From Pseudomonadota bacterium (lineage in GTDB: Bacteria > Pseudomonadota > Gammaproteobacteria > Burkholderiales > Burkholderiaceae_C), in contig JAKBBP010000009.1 of NCBI GenBank assembly GCA_021808445.1, forward strand, positions 10,277 to 74,276: a stretch of 64,000 nucleotides of DNA, given 5' to 3'. Positions within the stretch are counted from its first letter, which is position 1. Every line of letters begins with the position of its first letter. Position numbers and translations under genes: made by a program. Positions 1 to 9,652 of the stretch are shown here, piece by piece. The notes beneath the pieces are model-generated. The model searched no databases. It worked only from the letters and a program-made list of their open reading frames with translations, and was not told where the DNA came from.

Positions 1-100
1 CTGGAATGTCGTTACGGAACGTGCCGGCGACATTCCAGGTCAAATCATAAATCTCCGAGGGGATTTCGCCGGACCCGCACCGCCGGTGCGGGCTTGATCC

Positions 101-1933
101 ATGACCTCCATTCGATCCCTCCAACCCCCCATCCCCCCGCGTTCCCCGGCTCGCCTGCGCGCCGGCACGGCGCTGCTCGCACTGGGCAGTGCGGGGCTGC
201 TCAATGCCTGCGGCGGCGGCTCCGCACCGGGCGCCTCGGCGGCGCCGGCGTCCGTGGCGCCGCACAAGGCTCCGCCGGGTCAGAGCGCCTCGCCGGGAAC
301 CTCGCACCATCCCGTGCTTACGCCCGAACAGGCTCCCGAACACGTGCCCGAACAGCCGCCCGAACCAACGCCCGCGCCGGCTCCGGGCTCGAATCCGGCC
401 GCTGCCGCTCCCCCCGGCGGCCCCTTCACGCCGGCCAGCGCTCCGTCGGGTCAGGGCAACGAGCTGCACATCCGGGTGCGCGGACTGCCGGATTCGAGCT
501 CGGTGCGCATCCTGGCCGGAGCGCGTGGTGCGCAGCTGAGAGGCTCCGGGGATTTCGAGCTTCGCCCTGCCTTCCCGGCGGGCAGCGTGCAGCGCCTGCG
601 CGTGGCCCGGCAGCCGCGCGCGGCCCAATGCCGCTTCGATACGGCGCAGGTCACGCTGGGGCGATCTCCGGGAACTCCGGCCCGGGCCGAGCTGCGCTGC
701 CAGGCTTCGCGGCGTGCCTTCGTGCTGCTTTCTGGCGGCTTCGTGCAAAGCTTCGCCGTCGGCCCCGGGGGCAGGCTCAAGGCCCTGTCCGGGCAAGCCC
801 TGGCGGTCGGCGCCCAGGCACGCGCGCTGGCGGTGTCGGCCGACGCGCGCCGGGTGTACGTCGCAGGAGGTGCCCAGGCCAACACCCTGAGCATCGTCGA
901 CGTGCGATCCGACGGAAGTCTGCGCCTGTTGCAGACCCTGGCGCTGCCCAGGCGCGCCACGCCGGTGGCGCTGGCCATGAGCCCCGACGGCAGCACGCTG
1001 TTCGCGGCCTGTTCGTGGGACCGGCGGGTGCTGTCCTTCGCCGTGAACCCGTCCACCGGGGCCCTGAGCGCGCTGGGCGCCGTCAGCACCGCCACGGCGG
1101 ACGGGCGCCTGCCGCGGCGATTCCTGCAAGCGCACCCTGACCAGGCCACGGGCGCGTCGACTCCGCCCGTGGTCGTGGATCCCTCGATGGTGCCGGACCG
1201 TCTGGCCGTCGATCCCCGGGGCCGCTATCTGTACGTGGGCGGACGCGATGGCAGCGTCGAGGCCTTCGGCATCGTGCCCGCCATGACGCGCTCACCCCGG
1301 CCGCCGACGGGTGACCGCCCCTGGGCGCTGCGCTGGCTGACCCGCGGCAAGCCCTTCGGAGCGCGAGGACGCCTGGCGCTGGCCTGCGACTCCGAGGGCA
1401 ATCTGCTGGTGGCCGACAGCGCGGACCCCGCGGTGAAATTCCTGGCCGCGCCCGGCGTGCCCGGCAGCTTGCCCGCCGCGTCCTCCCGAGGCGCTGCCCG
1501 GTACCCATGGAGGTCCGCCAGGGTGGGCACGGTCCTGCGCGGTGCAGCCCAGGGCCTGAGCTTCAACCCCCGCACCCGCAGCCTGTACGTGAGCGTCCTG
1601 GACGCTGCGAACGGCTGGAACAGCGCCATCCAGGTCTTCCGGGAGAGCCCTGGCGAAGGCGGCGAGCTGCAGGCCCTGACGCCCCCCACCACGCCCTGGG
1701 TCCGCCCTTCGGCCCTGGGCGCCATCGCGGTGGCCCCCGGAGGGGCCAGCGTGTACGCCCTCGATGCCGAGGGCCCGGACCTCGCGCAATACCGCGTTGC
1801 GGCGCCGGCGGGGGGGCCCGCGCTGCGCGGGCCCGGCGCCTCGCCCCCGCGGCTGCAGGGCCTGCCGCAGGCGATGTCGCCCGCCTCCGTCCCGACCCTC
1901 GCGGCCCCGGTGGCCATCGCGCTGCAACCCTGA
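101..1933 (+). CDS. Lipoprotein with Pro/Ala linker, Ig-like segment and lactonase-type beta-propeller
   Basis: Lipobox LLNAC, Pro/Ala-rich linker, repeated propeller blades (ALAVSADARRVYV, ALAMSPDGSTLFA, LAVDPRGRYLYV). Confidence 0.7.
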   Translation: MTSIRSLQPPIPPRSPARLRAGTALLALGSAGLLNACGGGSAPGASAAPASVAPHKAPPGQSASPGTSHHPVLTPEQAPEHVPEQPPEPTPAPAPGSNPAAAAPPGGPFTPASAPSGQGNELHIRVRGLPDSSSVRILAGARGAQLRGSGDFELRPAFPAGSVQRLRVARQPRAAQCRFDTAQVTLGRSPGTPARAELRCQASRRAFVLLSGGFVQSFAVGPGGRLKALSGQALAVGAQARALAVSADARRVYVAGGAQANTLSIVDVRSDGSLRLLQTLALPRRATPVALAMSPDGSTLFAACSWDRRVLSFAVNPSTGALSALGAVSTATADGRLPRRFLQAHPDQATGASTPPVVVDPSMVPDRLAVDPRGRYLYVGGRDGSVEAFGIVPAMTRSPRPPTGDRPWALRWLTRGKPFGARGRLALACDSEGNLLVADSADPAVKFLAAPGVPGSLPAASSRGAARYPWRSARVGTVLRGAAQGLSFNPRTRSLYVSVLDAANGWNSAIQVFRESPGEGGELQALTPPTTPWVRPSALGAIAVAPGGASVYALDAEGPDLAQYRVAAPAGGPALRGPGASPPRLQGLPQAMSPASVPTLAAPVAIALQP

Positions 1934-2059
1934 GCGGCAGCATGGCGGGCAGGGGCGGTGCCGAATTTGCGACAATCGTGTTTTCGCACGGTCCCTGCCC
2001 GCGCACCTCGCGTGCCGCGTGGCGGGCCGCCTGCTTTCCCGACGAACCTGCCGATTCCC

Positions 2060-2401
2060 ATGTTGATCGACCTGATTTCCACCGCCCACGCCGCCTCGGC
2101 CGCCCCCCAGGGCAACGCCGAGTCCACCCTGCTGAACGTGCTGCCGCTGGTGGTCATGTTCGTGATCCTGTGGCTGGTCATGATCCGCCCGCAGATGAAG
2201 CGCCAGAAGGAGGCCAGGGCGATGATCGCCGCGCTTTCCAAGGGCGACGAGGTCGTCACCAGCGGCGGCCTGGTGGGACGCGTGACACGCCTGGGCGAGA
2301 ACTACCTGTCCCTGGAAGTGGCCAGCAAGGTCGAAGTCCAGGTGCAGCGCTCGGCGGTCAGCACCGTGCTGCCCAAGGGCACGCTGAAGTTCGAATCCTG
2401 A
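2060..2401 (+). CDS. yajC: Preprotein translocase subunit YajC
   Basis: MIRPQMKRQKE...LSKGDEVVTSGGLVG; first gene of yajC-secD-secF; start moved to ATG 2060. Confidence 0.95.
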   Translation: MLIDLISTAHAASAAPQGNAESTLLNVLPLVVMFVILWLVMIRPQMKRQKEARAMIAALSKGDEVVTSGGLVGRVTRLGENYLSLEVASKVEVQVQRSAVSTVLPKGTLKFES

Positions 2402-2476
2402 TCCACGCGCGGCCCGCGGCCGCGCAACCCTCCGAACAGCACGCGCCGCGGCCCCGCCGGGGCGCCGGCCACCGCC

Positions 2477-4366
2477 ATGAACCGTTACCCGCTGTGGAAG
2501 TACCTCGTGATGGCCGCCGTCGTGGTGGTCGGCATCGTGTATGCGCTGCCGAACCTGTTCGGCGAGGCCCCGGCCGTGCAGATCACCTCGGCGCACGCCG
2601 GGCACGACCAGCCCGACCAGGCGCTGCTGCAGCGCGGTGAGGCCGCGCTGGCCCAGGCCGGCATCCACGCCGACCGCGCAGCCATCGACGGCGCGACCCT
2701 GAACTACAGCTTCTCCGGCACCGACGTGCAGTTGCGCGCGCGCGAGGTGCTGGCGCATGCGCTGAACACCAACCCGCAGTCTCCCTCCTACATCGTCGCG
2801 GTCAACCTGCTCAGCCGCTCGCCCGCCTGGCTGACCGCGCTGCATGCCCACCCCATGTACCTCGGCCTGGACCTGCGCGGCGGCGTGCACTTCCTGCTGC
2901 AGGTGGACATGCAGGCGGCCCTGGAGAAAAAGCTGGATTCGATCGCCGGCGAGCTCAAGTCCTCGCTGCGCGACAAGGACGTGCGCTACAGCGAGCTCAA
3001 GCGCGTCGGCGACGCCGTGCAGATGCAGTTCCACGACCCCGAGATGTTCCAGGCCGCGCTTCCGGTGGTCCGGGCCAACGCGGGCAATGCCCTCATCGAC
3101 GCCGACGCCGCCGCCGGGACCATCGCGCTGCGCCTGAGCCCCGCGACCATCCAGCAGACCGAGGATTACGCGATCAAGCAGAACATCACCACGCTGCACA
3201 ACCGGATCAACGAACTCGGCGTGGCCGAGCCCGTGATCCAGCAGCAGGGCAGGGACCGCGTGGTGGTCGAACTTCCCGGCATCCAGGACACCGCCCGAGC
3301 CAAGGACATCCTCGGACGCACCGCCTCGTTGGAGGTCCGCATGGTGGACGACAGCCCGGCCGCGCTCAGCGCGCTGGCGGGCAAGGGGCCCGCGCCCGAG
3401 GGCGACCAGAAGCTCTACGACCGTTCCGGCAACGCGCTGATGGTCAAGAGCGACGTGCTGCTCACGGGACAGGAACTGACCGATGCGCAGCCGGGCTTCG
3501 ATCCTCAGACCAACCAGCCGGCGGTGTTCCTCACCCTGGATTCGCGTGGTTCGCGCATCTTCGCCGATCTCACGCGCGCCAACGTTGGCAAGCGCATCGC
3601 CATGGTGCTCATCGACCGCCACCAGGCCCAGGTGGTGACCGCCCCGGTGGTACGCAGCGAGATCGACGGCGGCCGCGTGCAGATCTCCGGCAGCATGACC
3701 GTGCCGGAGGCCAATGACATCGCGCTGCTGCTGCGCGCCGGCGCCCTGGCTGCGCCCATGCAGATCATCGAGGAGCGCACCATCGGCCCCAGCCTGGGAC
3801 GCCAGAACATCGCGCAGGGCTTCCACTCGGTGACCTGGGGCTTCCTGGCCATCGTCGCGTTCATGTGCGTGTACTACCTGCTGTTCGGCGCGGTCTCCTC
3901 GATCTCGCTGGCGGTGAACCTGCTGCTGCTGGTGGCGCTGCTGTCGATGCTCCAGGCCACGCTGACCCTGCCCGGCATCGCCGCCATGGCCCTGGCGCTG
4001 GGCATGGCCATCGATTCCAACGTGCTGATCAACGAGCGCATCCGCGAGGAGCTGCGCAACGGCGCCGGCGCGCAGGCGGCGATCGCCGCCGGCTACGCGC
4101 GCGCCTGGGCCACCATCCTGGACTCCAACGTCACCACGCTGATCGCCGGCCTGGCGCTGCTGGTGTTCGGCTCCGGCGCGGTGCGCGGCTTCGCCATCGT
4201 GCACGTCCTGGGCATCCTCACGTCGATGTTCTCGGCGGTGTTCTTCTCGCGTGGACTGGTCAACCTCTGGTACGGCCGACGCCGGCGCCTGCAGTCGGTG
4301 TCCATCGGCCAGGTGTGGAAGCCCGGCGCGACCCCGTCCGACAAGGCGCCCGCGGGCAAGTCCTGA
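2477..4366 (+). CDS. secD: Protein translocase subunit SecD
   Basis: LGLDLRGGVHFLLQVD, RINELGVAEP, IDSNVLINERIREE, TILDSNVTT. Confidence 0.97.
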   Translation: MNRYPLWKYLVMAAVVVVGIVYALPNLFGEAPAVQITSAHAGHDQPDQALLQRGEAALAQAGIHADRAAIDGATLNYSFSGTDVQLRAREVLAHALNTNPQSPSYIVAVNLLSRSPAWLTALHAHPMYLGLDLRGGVHFLLQVDMQAALEKKLDSIAGELKSSLRDKDVRYSELKRVGDAVQMQFHDPEMFQAALPVVRANAGNALIDADAAAGTIALRLSPATIQQTEDYAIKQNITTLHNRINELGVAEPVIQQQGRDRVVVELPGIQDTARAKDILGRTASLEVRMVDDSPAALSALAGKGPAPEGDQKLYDRSGNALMVKSDVLLTGQELTDAQPGFDPQTNQPAVFLTLDSRGSRIFADLTRANVGKRIAMVLIDRHQAQVVTAPVVRSEIDGGRVQISGSMTVPEANDIALLLRAGALAAPMQIIEERTIGPSLGRQNIAQGFHSVTWGFLAIVAFMCVYYLLFGAVSSISLAVNLLLLVALLSMLQATLTLPGIAAMALALGMAIDSNVLINERIREELRNGAGAQAAIAAGYARAWATILDSNVTTLIAGLALLVFGSGAVRGFAIVHVLGILTSMFSAVFFSRGLVNLWYGRRRRLQSVSIGQVWKPGATPSDKAPAGKS

Positions 4367-4403
4367 AGCCCGCGACCGTCCAGCCTTCGACCAGGAGATC
4401 CTG

Positions 4404-5357
4404 ATGGAGTTCTTCCGTATCCGCCGCGACATCCCGTTCATGCGCTATGCGCCGGTGCTGAACGTGATCTCGGCCCTGCTGTTCGTCGCCGCCGTGTTCT
4501 TCCTGTTCACGCGCGGATTGCATCTATCCATCGAATTCACCGGCGGGACGGTCATGGAGGTGCATTACCCCCACGCGGCCGACCTGGATACGGTGCGCGC
4601 GGTGCCCAGGCGCCTGGGCTACGGCGACGTGCAGGTACAGACCTTCGGCAACGCTCGCGACGTGGTGATCCGACTGCCACTGCGGGCCGGCGAGAGCAGC
4701 GTGGCGCAAAGCGACCGCGTGATGAGCGCCTTGAAGTCGGCCGATCCCCAGGCGCAGCTGGCACGCACCGAGTTCGTGGGGCCGCAGGTAGGTTCCGAGC
4801 TGGCCACCGACGGCCTCAAGGCCCTGGCCTTCGTGATCGCCGGCATCATGCTGTACCTGGCGCTGCGCTTCGAGTGGAAGTTTTCCGTGGCGGCCATCGT
4901 GGCCAACCTGCACGACGTGATCATCGTGCTGGGCTTCTTCGCCTTTTTCCAGTGGGAGTTCTCGCTGCCCGTGCTGGCGGCCGTGCTGGCGGTGCTGGGC
5001 TACTCGGTGAACGAGTCGGTGGTGATCTTCGACCGGGTGCGGGAGAACTTCCGAAAGTACCGCAAGTACACCACGGTGCACGTGATCGACAGCGCGATCA
5101 CCAACACCATCAGCCGCACCATCATCACCCACGGCGCGACCCTGGCGATGGCCTTCTCGATGTTCCTGTTCGGAGGCCCCGCCCTGCATTATTTCGCGCT
5201 GGCGCTGATCATCGGCATCTCCATGAGCATCTACAGCTCCGTGTTCGTCGCCGCCGCGATCGCCATGTGGCTGCGCGTCAAGCGCGAGGATCTGCTCAAG
5301 TCCGGCCCGGGGCGCCCGAAAAACCCCAACGACCCGAACGCCGGCGCGGTGGTCTGA
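4404..5357 (+). CDS. secF: Protein translocase subunit SecF
   Basis: LSIEFTGGT, VGPQVGSEL, GYSVNESVVIFDRVRE; AGGAG RBS before ATG 4404. Confidence 0.97.
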   Translation: MEFFRIRRDIPFMRYAPVLNVISALLFVAAVFFLFTRGLHLSIEFTGGTVMEVHYPHAADLDTVRAVPRRLGYGDVQVQTFGNARDVVIRLPLRAGESSVAQSDRVMSALKSADPQAQLARTEFVGPQVGSELATDGLKALAFVIAGIMLYLALRFEWKFSVAAIVANLHDVIIVLGFFAFFQWEFSLPVLAAVLAVLGYSVNESVVIFDRVRENFRKYRKYTTVHVIDSAITNTISRTIITHGATLAMAFSMFLFGGPALHYFALALIIGISMSIYSSVFVAAAIAMWLRVKREDLLKSGPGRPKNPNDPNAGAVV

Positions 5358-5367
5358 GCCCGCCCCC

Positions 5368-5389
5368 GCCCGCGGCCTGCGCCGCGGGC
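5368..5389 (+). terminator. GC-rich hairpin after secF (no U tract)
   Basis: GCCCGCGGC-ctgc-GCCGCGGGC just after the secF stop. Confidence 0.35.
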
Positions 5390-5401
5390 ACGGCGTGACC
5401 A

Positions 5402-5419
5402 CGTCACGCCGCCGTCACG
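5402..5419 (+). promoter_or_regulatory. 11-bp-period direct repeat, Pho-box/OmpR-family-like
   Basis: GTCACG at 5403 and 5414, followed by TTGACA at 5423. Confidence 0.4.
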
Positions 5420-5477
5420 AGATTGACACCTTTGCGTGCGAGCCTCGCGTCTTCCTTCCAGGACGCGAGCACCGCAC

Positions 5478-6191
5478 ATGCTTCCCACCGATCCTGCGCC
5501 CGGCCCTGCGGGCGCCGGCGAGCCGACCACCAAGCACTCCGTGCTCTATGTCGGCTTCGGCCACTCGGCCGCACGTCCGCTGGACAACTCGCAGGAAGCC
5601 CAGCCTGAAGCCGCCCTGCGGCAACTCGTCGACGGGAGTTCCTGGGCAGTCGTGCTGCGCTGCGCCGAACAGGCGCGCGCCGCCACCGACTGGATCATGC
5701 GCGTACGCCACCACCCCGCGTCCTCGCAGGCGGTGGTGCTGGCGCTGGTCGAGGATCCCGGCGGCCCGCTGGCCCTGCAGGCGCTGCGCGCCGGCGCCGA
5801 CGCCGTCGTCGGCCTGCGCTGCATGCCGGCGCTGCTGCAGGCCCAGCTGGCGCGGCTTCGCCAGCGCGTGGCGCATGAACCCGCGGGCCAGCTGAACGTG
5901 GCCCCCGACACCACGCTGGACGCGCCCACGCGGGAGTTGCGCTGCGGCGACGAATGCCAGGCCCTGCAACCCCAGCTGTTCCGCCTCCTGTGGGCGCTGT
6001 GCGAGCGGCCCGGGCGCGTGCTCAGCCCCGCCAGCCTGCGCGTGGCGCTGGACATCCCGGCACGCGCCGACGCCCAGGCGCTGCATACCGCGGTCGGGCG
6101 ACTGCGCCGGCTGCTGCGCCAGCACGGCCTGGACGCGCATCTGCAGACCCTGCACGGAAGCGGCTACCGCTGGACCGGCACGCCCGACTGA
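5478..6191 (+). CDS. Atypical OmpR-type regulator (degenerate receiver plus winged helix)
   Basis: C-terminal FRLLWALCERPGRVLS...LHTAVGRLRRLL...LQTLHGSGYR; receiver-like ALRAGADAVV without the acidic pocket; start 5478 or 5436. Confidence 0.75.
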   Translation: MLPTDPAPGPAGAGEPTTKHSVLYVGFGHSAARPLDNSQEAQPEAALRQLVDGSSWAVVLRCAEQARAATDWIMRVRHHPASSQAVVLALVEDPGGPLALQALRAGADAVVGLRCMPALLQAQLARLRQRVAHEPAGQLNVAPDTTLDAPTRELRCGDECQALQPQLFRLLWALCERPGRVLSPASLRVALDIPARADAQALHTAVGRLRRLLRQHGLDAHLQTLHGSGYRWTGTPD

Positions 6192-6258
6192 ACTCCCCGG
6201 GGTGCATTTCGCCGGGAAACATTCCCGAACAACTCCGACAGGCCCGGTGAGATTTCGG

Positions 6259-6277
6259 ACAGGTTGACGCAACCTGT
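6259..6277. promoter_or_regulatory. Perfect palindrome upstream of the TonB-dependent receptor
   Basis: ACAGGTTG-acg-CAACCTGT. Confidence 0.5.
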
Positions 6278-6385
6278 TCATCACGAGCGGCCGTTGCAAT
6301 AGCGTCCAAGGTTGCGAGCGTGAATGCGCGCATCGACGACCAGGGCCTGAGAGCCCCCCGAATTCCAACGCCATCCGGAGCTGTC

Positions 6386-8758
6386 ATGAATCACCGCACC
6401 CCACCGCCGGCCCTGCGCCGCAATCTGCTGTCCCACGCCGTGCTGCTGGCGCTGTGCGCCGCACCGGGCGTCGCCTGCGCACAGGCGGCAAGCACCGATC
6501 TGGGCACGGTGCAGGCCGGCGCACAGGCCGCCGGCGGCACCACGGCTGCGAAGACCAGCCAGGAACGAAAGATCAGCAAGAAGCAGGTGTTCAAGTCGGG
6601 GGTGTCCACCACCGTGCTGGACCGCCAGCAGATCCAGACCGCGGGCGCCTTCGGCGGTGCCGCGCAGGCGCTGCAGGTGGCGCCCGGCGTGGCCGTCAGC
6701 GGCTACGGCTCCACCGGCAGCACCAAGAACCAGATCAGCGTCAACGGCATCAAGCAGGGCTGGGGCGGATTCAGCGGCTCGCAGATCGACAACGGCTCGA
6801 TTTCCATGACCTTCGACGGGGTGCCCATGGCCAACCCCTCGACCGGTCTGTGGCAAAGCGACCTGGTGCCGCAGCTGGGCATGATCCAGGGCATCGGCGT
6901 GACCTACGGCCCCGGCGAACCCGCGGATCGCTGGTTCAACAACGTGGGCGGCCAGATCGCCTTCGTTCCGGTGCAGCCCACCGACAAGTTCGGCGGCACG
7001 GTCGGGGTGAGCGTGGGCAGCGACAGCGCGCGCAACCTCGACTTCGTGCTCAACACCGGCAGACACGACGGCTGGTCCACCGTGGTCGCCGGCGGCACCG
7101 GCTCGGCCGACAGCTACCGCACGGCCAGCGACGGCTTCAACAGCCACGGCAGCAACGAGGCCTTTTTCCTGAAGACCCGCAAGGACTTCCAGAACGGCAA
7201 TTTCTCGCTCGGCCTGTACAACGCGCGCAGCACCGCCTACCGGCCCTTCGCCGTGCCCACGCAGACCGTGCCCGGCCTGACCCTGGACGGCACCGCGGGC
7301 ACGCCCCTGTACAGCCAGCAGGCCTCGGGCTTCTACAGCACGATTCCCGGCTCGGTGTGGAACAAGAACGACACCAACGAGCTGCGCATCCTCTACGGCA
7401 AGCTCAACGTCGGGCTGGACGACAACGCGCGCCTGCACAACCTGATGTGGTACGAGCTGGAGAAGCGCATCCACGACCACTACAACAACTACGGCCTGAG
7501 CAATCCGGGCAACCTGTACGAGCACAACAACCCGCGCACCAGCAGCTACGGCGACAAGCTGTGGGTGGACGTGGCGCTGCCGCACAACCTGGTGTCGGTG
7601 GGCGGCTTCGTGCTCAAGAGCACCTACAACACACGCAACGCCTTCTACAACCCGGCCGACCTGGTGGGCACCTCGACCACGGTGTACGGCAGCCAGACCA
7701 CGCCCAACGCGCACTACCGCAGCGACTACTTCGACCAGACCGACCTGGCGCTGTTCGCGCAGGACAAGATCAGCCCGATCCGGCGCCTGGACATCACCCC
7801 GGGCATCCGTTTCATCAACTACGACACCGTGTACTCGCCGGCCGGGGCCTCGGACTTCCCGATCTCCTACCAGTACGCCCCCGGCAATGATCAGGGCAGT
7901 CAGCCCGGCTCGACCGCCAGCCATCACAAGATCGAGACCTCGATCAGCGCCAACTACCGCGCCCTGCCCTGGCTGGCCCTGTTCGGCAACTTCGCCCAGG
8001 CCTACAAGGAACCCCAGGTCGGCGGCGGCGGCGGCCTGTTCCAGAGCACCGCGCCCATCTACAACCTGGAAAAGAGCACGGACTACACCCTGGGCTTCAA
8101 GATGCACGTGCGTCGCGCCCAGTACCTGCACGACTTCCTGTTGTCGGTCTCGTACTACCACCTGCACTTCCAGAACCAGTACATCCCGCTGAGCGACGCC
8201 AACGGCAATTACATCGGCGACGCCAACGGGGATTCGACCTACCACGGCCTGAACCTGTCGCTGTCCGACGAGGTCGCCTACAACCTGGACGTGTTTGCCA
8301 ACGCCAACTTCGAGAAGGCGGTGTTCGACAACTACGTCACCGGGGGGACCAGCTACGCCGGCCTGCCGGTGTCGAACGTACCCGACAAGACCTTCACGGT
8401 CGGCGCCAACTACAAGGTCTACGGCGGTGGCGTGCTGTGGGTGCCCGGCATCAACTACCAGTACACCGGCGCGCAGTACATGTGGAGCGACCAGAGCAAC
8501 TCGCCCACCAACCAGAAGGCCCCCGCCTACGGGCTGTGGAACCTCACGCTGGACGGCACGGTGCCCATGCACGACGCCACCATCACCGACCTGAAGTTCC
8601 ACCTCGGGGTGCTCAACGCGACCGACAAGCAATACAACAACAGCGAGTTCATCAGCTTCCCCGGCGACTGGCTGGGCGGGAACACCACCGGCACCTATGT
8701 CCTGGGCATGCCGGGTGCCCCGCGCACCTTCTACGCCGGACTGAGCGCCGACTTCTAA
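6386..8758 (+). CDS. TonB-dependent outer-membrane receptor
   Basis: Signal peptide, plug region (AAQALQVAPGV...DGVPM), beta-barrel ending PGAPRTFYAGLSADF; adjacent exbBD-tonB; GGAG RBS before ATG 6386. Confidence 0.92.
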   Translation: MNHRTPPPALRRNLLSHAVLLALCAAPGVACAQAASTDLGTVQAGAQAAGGTTAAKTSQERKISKKQVFKSGVSTTVLDRQQIQTAGAFGGAAQALQVAPGVAVSGYGSTGSTKNQISVNGIKQGWGGFSGSQIDNGSISMTFDGVPMANPSTGLWQSDLVPQLGMIQGIGVTYGPGEPADRWFNNVGGQIAFVPVQPTDKFGGTVGVSVGSDSARNLDFVLNTGRHDGWSTVVAGGTGSADSYRTASDGFNSHGSNEAFFLKTRKDFQNGNFSLGLYNARSTAYRPFAVPTQTVPGLTLDGTAGTPLYSQQASGFYSTIPGSVWNKNDTNELRILYGKLNVGLDDNARLHNLMWYELEKRIHDHYNNYGLSNPGNLYEHNNPRTSSYGDKLWVDVALPHNLVSVGGFVLKSTYNTRNAFYNPADLVGTSTTVYGSQTTPNAHYRSDYFDQTDLALFAQDKISPIRRLDITPGIRFINYDTVYSPAGASDFPISYQYAPGNDQGSQPGSTASHHKIETSISANYRALPWLALFGNFAQAYKEPQVGGGGGLFQSTAPIYNLEKSTDYTLGFKMHVRRAQYLHDFLLSVSYYHLHFQNQYIPLSDANGNYIGDANGDSTYHGLNLSLSDEVAYNLDVFANANFEKAVFDNYVTGGTSYAGLPVSNVPDKTFTVGANYKVYGGGVLWVPGINYQYTGAQYMWSDQSNSPTNQKAPAYGLWNLTLDGTVPMHDATITDLKFHLGVLNATDKQYNNSEFISFPGDWLGGNTTGTYVLGMPGAPRTFYAGLSADF

Positions 8759-8840
8759 GCGCCCATGGGGCCGCGCGGCGGGCCGGTTGCGGCCCCGCTG
8801 GCGCGGCCCGAGTCCTTGAGAGCCCACAGGAGCACCGCTC

Positions 8841-9560
8841 ATGATCTCCCTTCAGACCATCACCGATGCCGCGCAGAAATCCGGCGGCATCCTCTACATC
8901 ATGGCGCTGCTGCTGCTGGTGGCGCTGGCCGTGGCCATCGAGCGCTTCTGGGCGCTCGGCCGCATGCAGTCCCAGTGCCTGCGCTGGGTGCGCGAACTCA
9001 AGGCCCACGGCCATGTGGACACCAGCCTGCTGCACGAGCGCCTGCAGGGAGATGCGAAATCTCCCGCCGCGCAAGTCGTGGCCGTGGCCTTGAGCCACGA
9101 CCTGGGAGACACGCTGGACCATTTCAGCGATCGCCTGGAGGAGGCGGTGATGGACCAGGCGCCCCAGGTCGACCGCGGCCTGTGGATGCTCGACACCATC
9201 GTCACCCTGGCGCCGCTGCTGGGCCTGCTGGGAACCATCGTGGGCATGTTCAACACCTTCCAGGCGCTGTCCCACCCGGCCGCCGCCACCCAGGCGGTCA
9301 CGGGCGGGGTGGGCGAGGCCCTGCTGGCCACCGCAGCGGGCCTGTTCATCGCGGTGCTGGGCCTGGTCGCGTTCAACGCCCTGCACCAACGCGTGCGCCT
9401 GGTCATGCACCAGCTCGAGCGCATCAAGCTGATGCTGTCCAACCGCATGTATCCCCATTACCGTGGCTCGCAGCAGGCCGCGCGGGAGGCGCGCGACGCG
9501 GCCATGCGCCGCGCCGGCGCATCCGCCCCGCCTCCCGTCGCCTCGCCGCTGCTGCAGTAA
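8841..9560 (+). CDS. exbB: ExbB/MotA/TolQ proton channel
   Basis: LDTIVTLAPLLGLLGTIVGM...GVGEALLATAAGL. Confidence 0.92.
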   Translation: MISLQTITDAAQKSGGILYIMALLLLVALAVAIERFWALGRMQSQCLRWVRELKAHGHVDTSLLHERLQGDAKSPAAQVVAVALSHDLGDTLDHFSDRLEEAVMDQAPQVDRGLWMLDTIVTLAPLLGLLGTIVGMFNTFQALSHPAAATQAVTGGVGEALLATAAGLFIAVLGLVAFNALHQRVRLVMHQLERIKLMLSNRMYPHYRGSQQAAREARDAAMRRAGASAPPPVASPLLQ

Positions 9561-9611
9561 TCGCCCCGTAACGGACATCGTGAACGCGGGCAGCTCCGGC
9601 CGCCCGCTTGC

Positions 9612-9641
9612 GCCACGGCCTCGCTGTGGCATCCTTTTTTT
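9612..9641 (+). terminator. Intrinsic terminator-like hairpin between exbB and exbD
   Basis: GCCACGG-cctcg-CTGTGGC then ATCC and T7. Confidence 0.45.
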
Positions 9642-9652
9642 CCGACTCACCC

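Noticed and set aside
1292-4441. 1049-aa minus-strand ORF, and similar long ORFs (6281-8842, 23930-27703, 28051-30597, 33687-36506)
   Set aside because: They lie antisense to well-supported genes and have low-complexity Arg/Gly/Ala/His composition; typical shadow frames of high-GC DNA.
5423-5428. Perfect TTGACA -35 hexamer
   Set aside because: No -10-like hexamer 16-18 nt downstream, so not called as a promoter.
6192-6385. Fur box upstream of the TBDR
   Set aside because: No match to GATAATGATAATCATTATC; the palindromes present are GC-rich.
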